Origin: the human T2T-CHM13v2.0 reference genome, Homo sapiens
Direction: 5' to 3' (one strand)
Assembly: GCF_009914755.1 (NCBI RefSeq)
Contig: NC_060928.1
DNA: 64,000 nucleotides
This document shows, one piece after another, positions 1 to 16,096 of the stretch. Position 1 is the stretch's first letter; every line of letters starts with the position of its first letter. Below the pieces are notes generated by a model. That model did not search any database and had not been told where the DNA came from. It saw nothing but the letters and a program-made list of their open reading frames with translations. Both the position numbers and the translations under genes were made by a program.

Positions 1-15
1 CTATAGAGACAAGAG

Positions 16-296
16 TTTTTTTTTTTTTTTTTTTTTTTTTTGAGACGGAGTCTCGCTCTGTCGCCCAGGCTGGAGTGCAGTGGCGCAATCTCGGGTTCAA
101 GCGATTCTCCTGCCTCAACCTCCCAAGTAGCTGGGACTACAGGCACGTGCCACCACACCTGGCTGATTTTTTGTATTTTTAGTAGAGATGAGGTTTCACC
201 GTGTTAGCCAGATTGTCTCGATCTCTTGACCTCGTGATCTGCCCACTTGGCCTCCCAAAGTGCTGGGATTACAGGCGTGAGCCACCATGCCCGGCC
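16..296 (-). mobile_element. Alu (S/Y) with internal deletion
   Basis: Poly-T then Alu antisense consensus. Confidence 0.95.
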
Positions 297-560
297 GAGA
301 TATTTAATTTTAAAGTAAGTTAGAAACAGCATACACATGCTATGTATACAGCTTCATTAAATTGCCACATATTCCTAATTCTTTACTAAGAACGCCTCTA
401 TAATAAATTTGCTGATTTCTATTGATCAACTTTTAGTCTTTTTAGCCATAAACTTTTCAGATAATATTAATTTAGTTTTACCTTATTATAAACCTTACTT
501 TATGTGAAGGAGTGGGGAAGAAGGGCGTCTTACGATAAAGAGAATTTTAAAAGAATATAG

Positions 561-1187
<627 letters not shown>

Positions 1188-1644
1188 TAATGAATCAAAC
1201 TAGTCATTTCATTCATTAAAAATGTGTAAAATGTGTGGGTTCCAAGTCATTTGCATCAAATGCAAACAACTAATAACTGTGTATTTTTGTGATTAAGAGC
1301 AAGATAATCTTAGATTCACAGCTCTGGCACTGATTAGCTATGTATAAATAAATTACTTTAGTCTCTGAATCTCAGAATTTGCATCTCTAAACTGTGAGTT
1401 AAAGTTCCTATGTCCTAGGTTCTTAAACAAAATAATGCAACTAATCTCCTAACATATTGCTTGGTAAATAGAAAACATTCAGTATATGAAAAGAAGAATG
1501 TTCCACTAACGTAGGATATACAATGGAAGGAACTCCAAACCCATAGGCAATTATAAAAAACAGTCAGATGCTCTTGAGGAACATATATTAGCTAGTTCAT
1601 AATATCTGTAGAATTTATTTTACAGCTTTGTCACTAACAGTTAC

Positions 1645-1734
1645 CTGCGAGATTGTCAAGCATGAAGTTCAGTAGCTTTCGGGTTCCATCTGGGTCCTGG
1701 TATAAGTTGAGAATATCCTGTGATAAAGGATTGC
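1645..1734 (-). CDS. CNOT6L: CNOT6L coding exon (exon 5, 90 nt): (G)NPLSQDILNLYQDPDGTRKLLNFMLDNLA
   Basis: Read manually. Acceptor tgtcttctgctttag|GC, donor GCAG|gtaact, phase 1-1; continues LKGNPL motif of the last LRR. Confidence 0.96.
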
Positions 1735-2495
1735 CTAAAGCAGAAGACAAAAATAAAACCTTTAAAACTTATAACTGCAAGGCAAGACAGAAATGTATAC
1801 TATAAAATAAAATACTAATTTCTTAAATTCAATTTCTTAAATTGAATTCTACTATATTTAATCTATTATATACATTTAAAAATGTATGTGTAAATAAATA
1901 TTTTCTTTAAGAACTCTAAAATTTGGGCTTGTCCAAAACATATATACACATATACATAAAAGCATATATATTAATCATAGTCAATTCTGAAGTAATATCA
2001 CAACCTGGCACCTTGAAGTAATCCTATAGGTTCTACATTAATCTTTGAAAACCTGCATTTATCTTTTAAGACCACAGACAAACTCAAATAGCCATATAGG
2101 AGAAAGAATGAGTGATATCTTAAAAAAGAAGGGTCTTCGTAGACTATTTATATTACATATAGGGAAAACAAACGTATTTCAAGTAAGAAGAAAATGTGTT
2201 ACCAAGATATGTGAGTGAAATGTGAGAAGAAAAGAATTTTGTTATAACAGTAATTAGGAATGTGTGAGTACTAAGAGTACAGATTTATCATACATCAAAG
2301 AACACACTATTGGTAACAGACTATATAGTCCCTTAAGAAATAAAGGAGGTATTCATTAAGACAAGCATGCAACAACAGTCTAGCATCCAAATTTGAAAAA
2401 ATAAAAACCAAAGAACTTCCAAAATTGAAGGTTCTGTTAAATAACAAATCAACCAAACCTTCAATGCAACACATACCCACCAGCACAGCTACAAA

Positions 2496-2909
<414 letters not shown>

Positions 2910-4066
2910 TGACTTGCAAGTGAGAAGAGGAAACTTCCTAGGGTGACGGAAATATTCTATCTTGATTTAGGTGCTGGCTATTAAGGTGTATACCTTTGTC
3001 AAAATTAGTGAAACTGGATTTTAAATATTTGGATATTTTACTGAATGTAATTATAACTCCAAGTACTAGGGGGAAAAAACTCTTGATGAATGAGTTAGGC
3101 AGCAGATTAGACACAGCTGAAAAGAAAATCAGTCATCAAGAAAAACAGATTCAAAGAAAATTATCCAAAATGCGTCACTGAGAGTCACAAAGATGGAAAA
3201 CATAAGACAGTAAAAGATACAGAAGTTAGAATACTATATGAAATTGGAGTTCTAGAAAGAAGAACAAGACTTAAGTTCTGATCCAACATGTAAAGATTTT
3301 AAAAGCTGTCACTCCTGTCCTCACAATTGAGGTTATAGGACAAACTGCTGTCCCAAACACAAACAAGCAGATACAGAGAATCACAACTTACTGGCAGCAG
3401 AAGTCCACAGCTAGAACTAGAACTAGAACACTTTAAAGTGTAACTGACAAATTACTGGAGGCTCCATGTAGATTAGCTTGAGAGTTAAAAACTCCAAGAG
3501 GGCCTAGTCTTAGGGCATTCCCACACTTTCCTAAGTTTTACTTCCACGAGTCTTACTATAAAGACTGGAGAAAAATCTCCTCATTCTTCCAAAAGGGGGC
3601 AAGAGAAAGTAATGTTCTCCTTAGTAAGTACTATCTTCAAAGGAAACTATTTTACCAGAATCTAAGTTTTCCCAAAGCTTAACAGACCTAGAGTAAGATA
3701 AATGCCCTCTCTAGACTTTGACATCAAGTAGGGAAATAGTCAACTCTGGCTCACTAAGGCAGACCTAATTACAGGACTATAGGGCACTTCCTCCCCCTCC
3801 GCACCTTACCACTACATCAACACCTACAGCAAACAGTAAACATATTTAACTCCTAGCCAGAAAGAGAGATTAGAGAGAGAAGTGAGAAAAGGCAATATCT
3901 GAAGAGGAAAGGCTGCAAATTTTCAAAAACCAGTTTTTTAAATAAATAAACTGATACAAGATGCACAATATATACAAAGAAGTTTATGAAAGGATTTCAT
4001 TTAAAAACAGATTATAGTGCAAACTAGAAAATGACAAACAGAAGACTTTAAAACGAGATGGGTTGT

Positions 4067-4400
<334 letters not shown>

Positions 4401-4870
4401 TCAAAAGAATAAACAGGAGAATGACAAGTGTCAGCAGCGACAACAGGAGCTAGAATACAATAAAATAGTATCCCCAAAGAGTTACACGAATTGTAATTGA
4501 GACTTCAAACACTCCTATGGTTACTGACAGAAAAAAGCACACAAAAAATTAGTAAGGTTGAAAAACAGAACACTATCAACCAACTTGGCCTATTATTTAC
4601 ATAATACTCCACTCGGAAACCAAAAAATATGCATTCCTTCCAAGTGCACATGAACATTCACCAGTGAGACCATATTCTGGGCCAGAAAACAAACTGTAAC
4701 AGATTAAAAAGGAAATAAAATCATACAAAACATACAGTTATGGCCTAATAAAACTAGATACCAACAGACAAATACCCAGAAAGTTCCCAAATATTCTGAA
4801 ATTAAACATCACACTTCCCAATAATCCATGAGCCAAAAAGGATGTCACCAGGAGATTTTTTAATGTTTTA

Positions 4871-5170
<300 letters not shown>

Positions 5171-5509
5171 TATAATTAAATGCTTTGAGTTAAAATGGAA
5201 ACATGACACTATCAAAATTTGTAGGATATGGAAAAACCAGTTTTTAGAGGGAAACTTACAGCTTTAAATGCTGATATTAGAAACAAAAAGATCTAAACTC
5301 GATAAGAACAAATGAAACCCAAAGCAAGCAGAAGAAATAAGAGCAGAAATCAATAAAATTTAAAAAAAAAATACCGAATTCAAAACGTGGCACAGTTTGA
5401 AAAAGAGGCAATAAAACTGATACATTTCTCTTTGACCAGAACGAAAAGACACAAATTATAAATATCAACAATGAAGGGACAGCCAAAAAGACAGTAAAAG
5501 GAAAGGAAA

Positions 5510-5789
5510 TTTTTTTTTTTTTCAGACTGGAGTGCAGTGGTGCAATCTGGACTTACTGCAAGCTCCGCCTCCCAGGTTCACGCCATTCTCCTGCCTCGGC
5601 CTCCTGAGTAGCTAGGACTACAGGTGCACACCACCATGCCTGGCTTTTTTTTTTTTTTTTTTTTTTTTTAAGGAAGAGACAGGGTTTCACTGTGTTAGCC
5701 AGGATGGTCTTGATCTCCTAACCTCGTCATCTGCCCACCTCGGCCTCCCAAAGTGCTGGGATTACAGGCATGAGCCACTCTGCCCAGCC
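5510..5789 (-). mobile_element. AluY-like, deleted near its 3' end, expanded middle A tract
   Basis: gcaagctccgcctcc, cacgccattctcc; TSD ggaaaggaaa. Confidence 0.93.
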
Positions 5790-8700
5790 AGGGAAAGGAA
5801 ATATTAAGAAAACTATATGTGTGTAAATTTAACAACTTAGAAGAAATGGACAAATTCCTTGAAAGACAGAAACTACCAAAGCTCACTCAAAATGAAATGG
5901 ATAGAAAACATCAGCAAAAATGGCAGAGTAAAAACCTCCAAAAATGTGCTGCTCTGTACAAGCAACGACGACCAAAAAATCCAAACAAACAAACAAAACA
6001 AAACAAAAAAGTTGTCAGAATCAACTATTTGAGAACACTGAGAATTAACCAAATTAGTGCAGGAGAATCAACCAAATGACTGCAGGAGAAAGCTGACATG
6101 GCTATAGGGGAAAAAAAGAAAAAGGTGGGAGGATAACCTTAATGACCTGTATCTACAAAAGAAATTGATGTAGAAGTTAAAAATGTTTCCATAAAGAAAA
6201 TTCCAAGCTCATATGGTTTTATTGGAAAATGCTACCAATCATTTAAGAAAGCAGTAACAGAAACGTTTTGAGTTCTAAAGCATTCTGAAAACTCTTCCTG
6301 AAAATAAAAGTAATAGCAACAACTTCCAGAGAGTATTTGTCCATATTCAACTTGCATTAATAACAAAAACCATTCAGCAAATGTGGGGAAGAAGGAAAAA
6401 TTATTTAACCTGAAAGGATATCTACCAGAAATCTACAGTTAACATTAATGGTGAAAGATAATGCTTTCCCCCTAAAATCAAGAACAAGGTAAGGATGTGC
6501 ACCATTGTCACTTCTATTCAATATAGTACTAGAGGTCCTAGCCAATGTGATAAAGCAAGAAAAAGGAAATTAAAAATACATATCAGAAAGGAAGAAATGA
6601 AACTGTGTTCACAGATCAAGAGTTCGTAAAAAGCTCCAAGAAAAAGTAAATTTACAAACATCACAAGAGACAAGCCCAATACAATTAAATATCAATTGTA
6701 TTTAATTCTATACAATGAATAACTGAAAATTTAAAAAGCAGTACCATTTGCAATAGCATAAAAAATCAAGTAAGTAGATATACATCTAGCAAAATATTTA
6801 CAAGATCTATACCCTGAAAACTACAAAACTTTATTTGAAAATAAAGCAAAGAAGATCTGTGTAAATGAAGAGCTATACTGGAGTGAAAGACTCAGTATTA
6901 AGTCTCAAGATTAAGGTATTGATTATCCACAAACTGATCTGTATATTCAACATAATCCCATGACAAATTTCAGCAGGATATTTTGCATAAATCATAAGTT
7001 CATTCTAAAATGTATATGAAAATGCAAAGTATCTAGAAATGTCAATGCAACTTGGAAAACTATGAACAAAGTTTGGAAACTTATAATCCCTGTATCATAG
7101 CTGATCATAAAACTACAACAATCAAACATTTTGATATTAGCATAGAACAATGGGACAGAATAGTGTGTTTAGCAGTAGATCCACACATATTTGGGCAACT
7201 GAATTTTGACAAAGTTGCAAGGAAAATCCCATGTAGAAAGTATAATCTTTTCAACAAATAGTGCTAGAATAACTAGACATGCATATGCAAAATAATAAAC
7301 CTTGTGCCGTATATAAAAATTAACTCAAAACAAACCATCAACCTAAAGGTAAAATCTAAAACTATAAAATTTCAAAAAAACAAATTTGCCTTCATTTCTA
7401 TTGTTAAGTAATATTCCATTATATGGATGTGCCACAGGTTTTATACACACAACATGAATGAACCTCAAACACATTATGCTAAACCAAAGAATCCAGACTC
7501 AAAAGGTGACATACTGTATGTTCCAATATATGACATTCTGGAAAAGTAGTTGTCAAGGGCTGAGAGAAGAAGGTATTGACTTCAGCAGGCATAAATGAAT
7601 TTTGGAGAGTGATGGAACTGTTCTATTTCTTGACTGTGGTGCTGGTTATGCAACTACATGTCTGTCAACATTCACTGAACTATACACCAAAGAGGTAAGA
7701 ATTTCACTATGTATAAATAGCAGGTCAATTTTTAAAGTTACTTTAAAAGTAATCTTTAAAAAAATATATTCAAGGCACCATTTCAAGAATAAACACAAGG
7801 AGTCTAGAAACAGAATAGAGCAATTTCAAACGAAGAGAAAGTAAATAGAATGAAAAATATGGGAAAAACCTACTTTTAGAAAAGCGAGGAAGCAGAAAAA
7901 AATTACCCACAGTGGAATCAAAAGGTAGGACAGCAATAACAAAAATACCAATAATTATATGTAAGGCAACTGGTCTGAACCCACATTAAAAACAAAGAGT
8001 AGAATGGATTAAAAACAAAGTCCAGCTATATACTATTTATAAGAGCTATACCTAAATGTAAGCACACAAAAGGTTGAAAGTAAATGGATGAGAGAATATA
8101 TACTAGACAAACATTAACCAAAAGAAAATTGGCATAGCTATATTAGAAATACAGACTATAAGAAAAAATCCTAATAAGAAGCTCAGTACCTAGTATTGGG
8201 TTCAATTCACCAAAAGACACTAGCATCATAAGATTATAACAATATTAAGTGGGAACTACCTAATAAAATAAACCCAAGATATGTAGAGCAAAAACTGACT
8301 GAACTACATAAGAAAATAAACAATTCCATTTTAATGGAAATTTTAACAAAAATACAGAAAAAGCCAACAGTCAAAAATTTCTAAAGACATAGGAAATCTG
8401 AGAAATACAACTTACAAATTGAACTAATGGACAAATATATAAATCCTGTGCCCAACAATTAGAGAAAAGAAATTCTTTTCAGATACAGGTTGAACATTTA
8501 CAAAAACCAATCATATACTATGCCATAGGGCAAGAATCAACAAATGTCACAGAACTGGTTCATTAGTCTATAATGCAATTAGGTTTAAAGCTAACAATAA
8601 AAATAAATTTAAAATCACATGCATGGAAATTTTAAATAATATTTTAAATAACCGACAAGTCAAGGAAGATATAATAACCCATATTAAAAATACTTAGACC

Positions 8701-9230
8701 GAAACAGTAATGAAATACTTCCTATCAAAATAGTGTATGCAACAAAAAAGTAGCCAAACAGGCAAAGCTGTAGCCTTAAATGCTTATATTTGAAAGTATG
8801 TAAATCTATAATCCAGTATAGGTACACATTTATCTCAACTTCCAGAACCAAACAATGCATAGTTGCCACCAACATATACTGATGCCTTTAGCATAGTTGA
8901 GTTCTGCTGTCTTGTTAGAACCAGAAGAAGCTCCACGGTAATATGGAATTAAAGGCATAATAATCTCCACATTTTAAGTATCACAGTCTAATACCAGCTA
9001 AACAATAGCTGGAAACGGACTATGAATATATAGATAATTATATAGTAACTATATATGAATCACTTTACTAATATATTGCATGTATTGGATGTCATATTCC
9101 AGAAAAAGATAATAAAATTAGATAAAACATGTAAATCTAAATATGAATAAATCGTATGTCCCATTTAAAAAGAGAAAAGGGAAAATATCAGAGATGATCC
9201 AACAAAATTGACTCATTAACAGAAATTTCT

Positions 9231-10154
9231 TGGCTCTCTGCCTATGGAGTAGTCATTTTATTTTATTCCTTTACTTTCCTAATAAACTTGCTTTCACTTT
9301 ACCGTATGGATTTGCCCCAAACTCTTTCTTGCAGGAGATCCAAGAACTGGAATTGGGACCCCTTTCCAGTAACATCTTTCTGGCAAACCATGGAAGCAGT
9401 AATACTGAAAAGACCCCTGACCCAAAGGAAAATCATCTGCGCACAACAGCAATCGGCCAACTTTAGGTATCACCTTTTGTCAGAACTCGGAGTTATGAAT
9501 GGCTCTCAACATACTGACGCTTTCTGACTGAGCTCCTCTCTACCCCAAATACAAGAGACCCTAAAAGTTAGAAAGGAATATCATCGCCCCTGTTCAGCAT
9601 GAAGAAGTTACAGAAGATGCACTCTTGTCCCTCTGCAACCCTTAGGATTAAAGGTTCTCTTATAAAAGGGAGCAGAGAAATGTCAGAGTTCTCTGAACCA
9701 GAGCAACTCTATCTTGAGTAGGGGCTGGGTAAAATAAGACTGAGACCTACTGGGCTGCATTTCAAGATGGTTAAGCATTCTAAGTCACAGGATGAGACAG
9801 GAGGTCAGGACAAGATACAGGTCATAAAGACTTCGCTGGTAAAACAGGTTGCATAAAGAAGCCGGCTGAAACCCACCAAAATCAGGATGGCAGTAAGAGT
9901 GACCTCCAATCGTCCTCACTGCTACACTCCCACCAGCTCCATGACAGTTTACAAAGGCCATGGCAATGTCAGACAGTTACCCTATATGGTCTAAAAAGGG
10001 GAGGCATGAAAAAATCACCCCTTGTTTAGCATATAATCAAGAAATAACCATAAAAATGGGCAACCAGTGCCCTAAGGGCTGCTCTGCCTATGGAGTAGCC
10101 ATTCTTTTATTCTTTTACTTTCCTAATAAACTTGCTTTCACTTAAAAAAAAAAA
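9231..10154 (+). mobile_element. MER41A-like ERV1 element in processed (R-U5/internal/U3-R/polyA) form
   Basis: 9681 onward matches remembered MER41 start TGTCAGAG..GAACCAGAGCAACTC..; 9231-9374 matches LTR 3' end (..GGGACCCCTTTCC.GTAACA); about 67-nt R repeat at both ends; A11 tail. Confidence 0.85.
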
Positions 10155-10431
10155 TTTCTCAAAAGTTCTCATAACTAAAATACATTGAAATAGTAGTTAA
10201 CATCTTCTCAATGAAAACAGAAAACACCAGGCAATGACAGTTTTACAGGACTGTTTTACCAAGATTTCAAGGAATACATTAATTCAATTTTACATAAACT
10301 CTTTCAGAGAACTGAATAATACAGAATTTTCCCCACTGCTTCTACGGTCATTATAAACCTTAGATACACATGCATGAAAGACACAGGTCTACTTTATTCA
10401 TGAACATACACAGAAAAATCCTTTAAAAAAT

Positions 10432-10881
10432 TGTTAGGAGAATCAGTCTACTATGGGCCTTGTGCCTCCCTCTGCATTCTTGGTTAGTGTGACTGATTCC
10501 AAGGGTTATCTGTCTCTTGATACTGAGTAATTTCTATAATTACTTATATAGGCAACTAAACAGGTCAAGGCAACCCATCATTACTATCATGTAACTGTTA
10601 CCCTGGGGAAGCAAGACTAGTAGCTTTTCGCTATTTTGCTACAATATTTGCTGCTTACTTAAAAAGTGCTGGACCCCAGACCTGGATTACTCAATTGCAT
10701 GCAATACAAACTGACTGTGTACACAGCCTGCATCTGGGCCCATTTTGTAGCTTGAGTAATAATGTTCTTTTTCTCTGACCCAGGAATCTTATGTCTTCTG
10801 CCACCATCCATGAACCAGTAACTGCCTAACTTATGAGCTTTTAAGTAGGGTAAAATCTCAAAGCCTTTACAGTTCTAGACA
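10432..10881 (+). mobile_element. Solo ERVL-type LTR, LTR47-like
   Basis: TG...CA termini; end gtagggtaaaatctcaaagcctttacagttctagaca resembles remembered LTR47 3' end; interrupts L1 ORF2 sequence. Confidence 0.6.
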
Positions 10882-11412
10882 GATATTTATCAAATTAAAT
10901 CCAAAGTATGTAACAACATGACTAAGTTGAGTTTATCTCAGCAATGCAAATTTGTTTAAAATTGGAAAAAAAAGTGTGTGTATGTATATGTATATATATA
11001 TTTTACCATACATTTACCTTATTAACTTTTGATGAGAAAAATAATATAATCATCTCTACAGGAGAAAAGTACTTGATAAAATATCTGAAAATGAACTAGC
11101 AAAGTAGGAATTGAAGGAAACTTCTAAAATCTAAAAAACTTTTTTAACAAAAACATACAGCAAGTATCATTCTTAATAAAAACTATTAGAAGCAGTCCCT
11201 TTAAAACTGGAAACAACAGAAGTACGCCCAGTATTAATGCTTCCACTCAACATCATATGAATTATCCTAGAGTCAGTGCATTAAAATAAGAAAATTAAAT
11301 ATGTAAGAACTGGAAAAGAAAAAAAAAGCCATAATTTTCAGCAGATGAAATGATTACTGCATGTAAAACTCCAAAAAATTTGCAGACAAGTTTTTAGAAG
11401 AATGAGAGTTTA

Positions 11413-11912
<500 letters not shown>

Positions 11913-12469
11913 CTAGAAATAAGTCTAACAGATGTACTTGATTGGTGTAGAAAGCTATAAAATTTTATTAGAAGACATTAAATAAATGGACAAAGAGCCC
12001 AAATTCATGAATAGGATGATTGAATACAATTAAGATGTCAATTCTTCCTAAATTGATCCAGACAGTCAATGAAATTCCAGAGTTCAAACAGAGTTTTTCA
12101 TGAAACTTAACAAGCTGTTTCTTATGTATGAGGAAGAGCCACGGTGCCCAAATTGTCAAAACACTGCTAAAGAAAAATGTGAGGAGACTTTCAAAACCAG
12201 GTATCAAGTTTTAATATAAAGCCATAATAATTAAGACAATATGCTAATTGGTACAAGGTTAGACAAATTTACTACTGGAAAGGAAAAAAATTCCCAAAAT
12301 AGACCTAGACATGGTTAATACACAAGAGAAGTGACTTTACTGATCACTGAGAAAAGGAAAAACTATTCACTAATGATGTTGAGACAACTGGTTACTCATA
12401 GGGAAAAAACAAAATTAAATTCCTCACCAAATTAGACCCCTCATACTATATTTAAAAATCAGTTACAAG

Positions 12470-12775
12470 GGCCAGGTGCAGTGGCTCACACCTGTAATCC
12501 CAACACTTTGGGAGGCTGAGGCAGGTAGATCACCTAAGGTCAGGAGTTCGAGACCAGCCTGACCAAGATGGTGAAAACCCGTCTCTACTAAAAATACAAA
12601 AACTAGCTGGGCATGGTGGCGGGAGCCTGTAATCCCAGCTACTCAGGAAGCTGAGGCAGGAAAATTGCTTGAACCCAGGAGGCAGAGGTTGCAGCAAGCT
12701 GAGATTTGCACCATTGTACTCCAGCATGGGCGACAGAGCGAGACTTTGTCCCCAAAAAAAAAAAAAAAAAAAAAA
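12470..12775 (+). mobile_element. AluS
   Basis: Alu consensus; TSD aaaaatcagttacaa. Confidence 0.95.
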
Positions 12776-12937
12776 TCAGTTACAAATGAATTAAAGAATT
12801 AACTGCGAAGAGCAAAACCTCAAAACCTTTAAGATGATACAAGAGAATATATTTCTGATCCGGGAAGGGCAAGATTTCTGTTATTAACAACACACAAATG
12901 TACTAACTACAAGAGAAAAGATTTTAAAACTCAACTA

Positions 12938-13265
<328 letters not shown>

Positions 13266-15447
13266 TTCTACTCATTAAAAAGATACCAGAAAGAAAAACA
13301 AAAGGAAAAGCCATAGAGTGGGAGAAGACACTTATAACGCAAAATAGAAAAAAGAACTCCTCCAATTCAATAAGAAATCATCAAATAGAAAATAGGCTAA
13401 AAACATCAACAGTAATTTCAAATAAATATAATAGCCAACAGACACATGAAAAGATGCAAAATCTTACCAGCAATTAGGAAAATGTAAATTAAGAGTACAG
13501 TTAGAAACTCATACTCAATAACTGACAAAACTTAAAAATCTGACAATATCAAGTGTTGGAGAAAAGACTGAAAATGAAAACTGTATTATTTTGAGTAGAA
13601 TCTTTTAGTACAACCACTTTGTAAAACATTATGGTATTGCCTAAAAAAAACCTAAGGATGTACAGACCTCTACATCCCAATTCCACTCCTATGAAGTATA
13701 TCAGGAGACATGTATGAGTCTGTTCATGGCTGTACTGCTTATAGTAGCCAAAAACAAAAATGGAACCAACCTAAATATCTACAGCAGAATGAGTGAATTA
13801 TAGCATATTCACATATCAGAATACAATACAGCAGTAAAACAAAGAACTGTCATTAGATGTATGCATCAACATGGCTGAATCATAAAAACATAAGGCTGAA
13901 TAAAAACCAAGTCATAAAAATTACATTCAGTAGGATTCCATTCATAAAAAGGTTAGAACACCTTTAACAGATGCATACATAACCCCAATATCTAAATTCA
14001 GGGTAGTAGTAACATCTGGGAGAAAGACATAATCGTGAAAGAAAACGCAGGAAACATAAAAGGTATAGGGGATCTATAATGACAAGGTGTGTTTGTGCCT
14101 ATTTCCCCATAATCTCACCAACAGGGCTATTTTGTCATATTTTTTAAATTCTCCCAATCTGATAGGTGAAAAATGTAATTGAATATAATTTCAATTTGTA
14201 CTATTATTATGCATAAGGCTGATCAGGTCCAATTTTAGACCTCTTTGTACATCATCTGGTACGAACTATTAATATGTTCTCTACTAGACTGTTCTTTTTC
14301 TTATTGATTTTTAGAAGCTCACATACAACACAAAAATAAGTATTTTGCCTCCTATATAAATGAAAATTATATTTCCCAGTGCATTTTTTTAAAACAGGTA
14401 TTTAAAATATTGGCTAATAGGAGAATGACTATTCATTTAATTATTTTCTTTAAAATGCATGTTAATTATTCTTTTATATTATATTTCAAGAATAAAACAA
14501 ATTTACAAAGTAAAAGAAAGTCTTCCACTGACATGGTCCATAAACAGACCAAGTAATCCTTGGAAGAAAGCTAGAAATTTTCAAAATTAGTGAGGTCCTA
14601 CATATTTTTATGACCTGGGACATCAATTTTTATTGCTCAAGGACAACTTGTTGGCCCATATGTCGGATAAAGTATTGCCTTACACCTTAGGACATGAATT
14701 CTAAATTCTTTTAAAATAACTGTATGAGAATTGCTTCTACTTATGCCTTTTCTTCATAAAATTAATACATTTTTATTTTTCTAAGTGACTTCACAGAACA
14801 CTTCCAACTTACTAGACTGGCGGTGTCTGTGTCTATAGTTTTAAAATTGGCCTTCTTATCCTAATTCCTCAAATAACTTACTCTCCACGCTCTCCTCAAA
14901 TCTCAAAATAAAATTTCTAAAAATTAGCTTGTTGAGCCAGCATGACCCAAATCATTACTAAAATTTCAGTATCTGAGTTTCAAAGGAGGAAAAGGATATA
15001 GAGAAAAAAAATCTTCCAGTTTCAAGACAAAATGTCTCAGAAGCAGTTCATTCTCATTGTTTAACTATATCACAGTGCTATTTCAAATGTTCCATTCCAT
15101 TTTTTTGACATAAAGTACCATAATATGGCTAATAAAACTGACTTTGAAATTATTTCAAATTTTACCTTCCTAAGAATATAAAACTACCATTCATTAGCAA
15201 CACTGTATCCCTTCAATTGCTTCAAAAGCCACTCCTGCTATTACCATCTTAAACTTTTTTAAAAGGAAGAGATCTGGTTTTCTGGATCACCTTGGAAAGT
15301 GACACTGACAAAAAACTAAATAGACTCTCAAAGAAGTTTAGAAAAGGGCTACATATAGGTACTTACCATATAACAAATTGAAATTTAATAAAAAAGAATT
15401 TAACCACAGGCATAAACAAAGCTAAGTTACAGTTCGTGAAGCAGAGC

Positions 15448-15525
15448 TGGTGTCTGACTTGATAGATTTTAATGAATGTAAATCAGTGGTGTCTGACTTG
15501 ATAGATTTTAAAGAACGTAAATCAG
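15448..15525. repeat. Tandem duplication, 2 x 39 bp, 2 mismatches
   Basis: tggtgtctgacttgatagattttaa(t/a)gaa(t/c)gtaaatcag at 15448 and 15487. Confidence 0.95.
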
Positions 15526-15793
15526 TAGACAAAATGCCACTAGAATCGAAGGCCAGCCAAAGACAATCGTTTGGAAAACTACCATTTTAACTAGAAAAAC
15601 TGAATGAAGGACTAAGGAGATAATATTCAAAATTACTCATTCAGTTGATACTTAGTACAAATTTTCTGGAAACATGCTTGTACTTGAGATAATATGAAAC
15701 AGTTATGAAAGAGTAAGAAATACTAACAGTTGCTTTTTCAGGAATGTTTCTAATACAAAGGGTAAGTCCACTGGATTCAACAGTAAATTATTC

Positions 15794-16096
15794 GCCCTGC
15801 ACAGTGGCTCACGCCTGTAATCCCAGCACTTTGAGAGGCTGAGGTGGGCGGATCACCTGAGGTCGGGAGTTCAAGATCAGCCTGACCAACATAGAGAAGC
15901 CCCGACTCTACTAAAAATACAAAAAATTAGCCGGACGTGGTGGTGCACGCCCAGCTACTTGGGAGGCTGAGGCAGGAGAATCACTTGAACCTGGGAGGCG
16001 GAGGTTGCCGGGAGGCGGTGGTTGCAGTGAGCCAAGATCATGCCATTGCACTCCAGCCTGGGCAACAAAAGTGAAACTCCATCTCAAAAAAAAAAA
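15794..16096 (+). mobile_element. AluS with internal 17-bp duplication
   Basis: Alu consensus; TSD agtaaattattc. Confidence 0.95.

Noticed and set aside
9689-9697. TTCTCTGAA GAS-like motif in the MER41 U3
   Set aside because: The tandem STAT1 sites known from MER41B are not evident in this MER41A-like copy; one degenerate 9-mer is expected by chance.
9230-10145. ORFs 9230, 9288 and 9960 in the MER41 element
   Set aside because: LTR/leader sequence with no gag, pol or env similarity; the shared YFPNKLAFT just reflects the R repeat.
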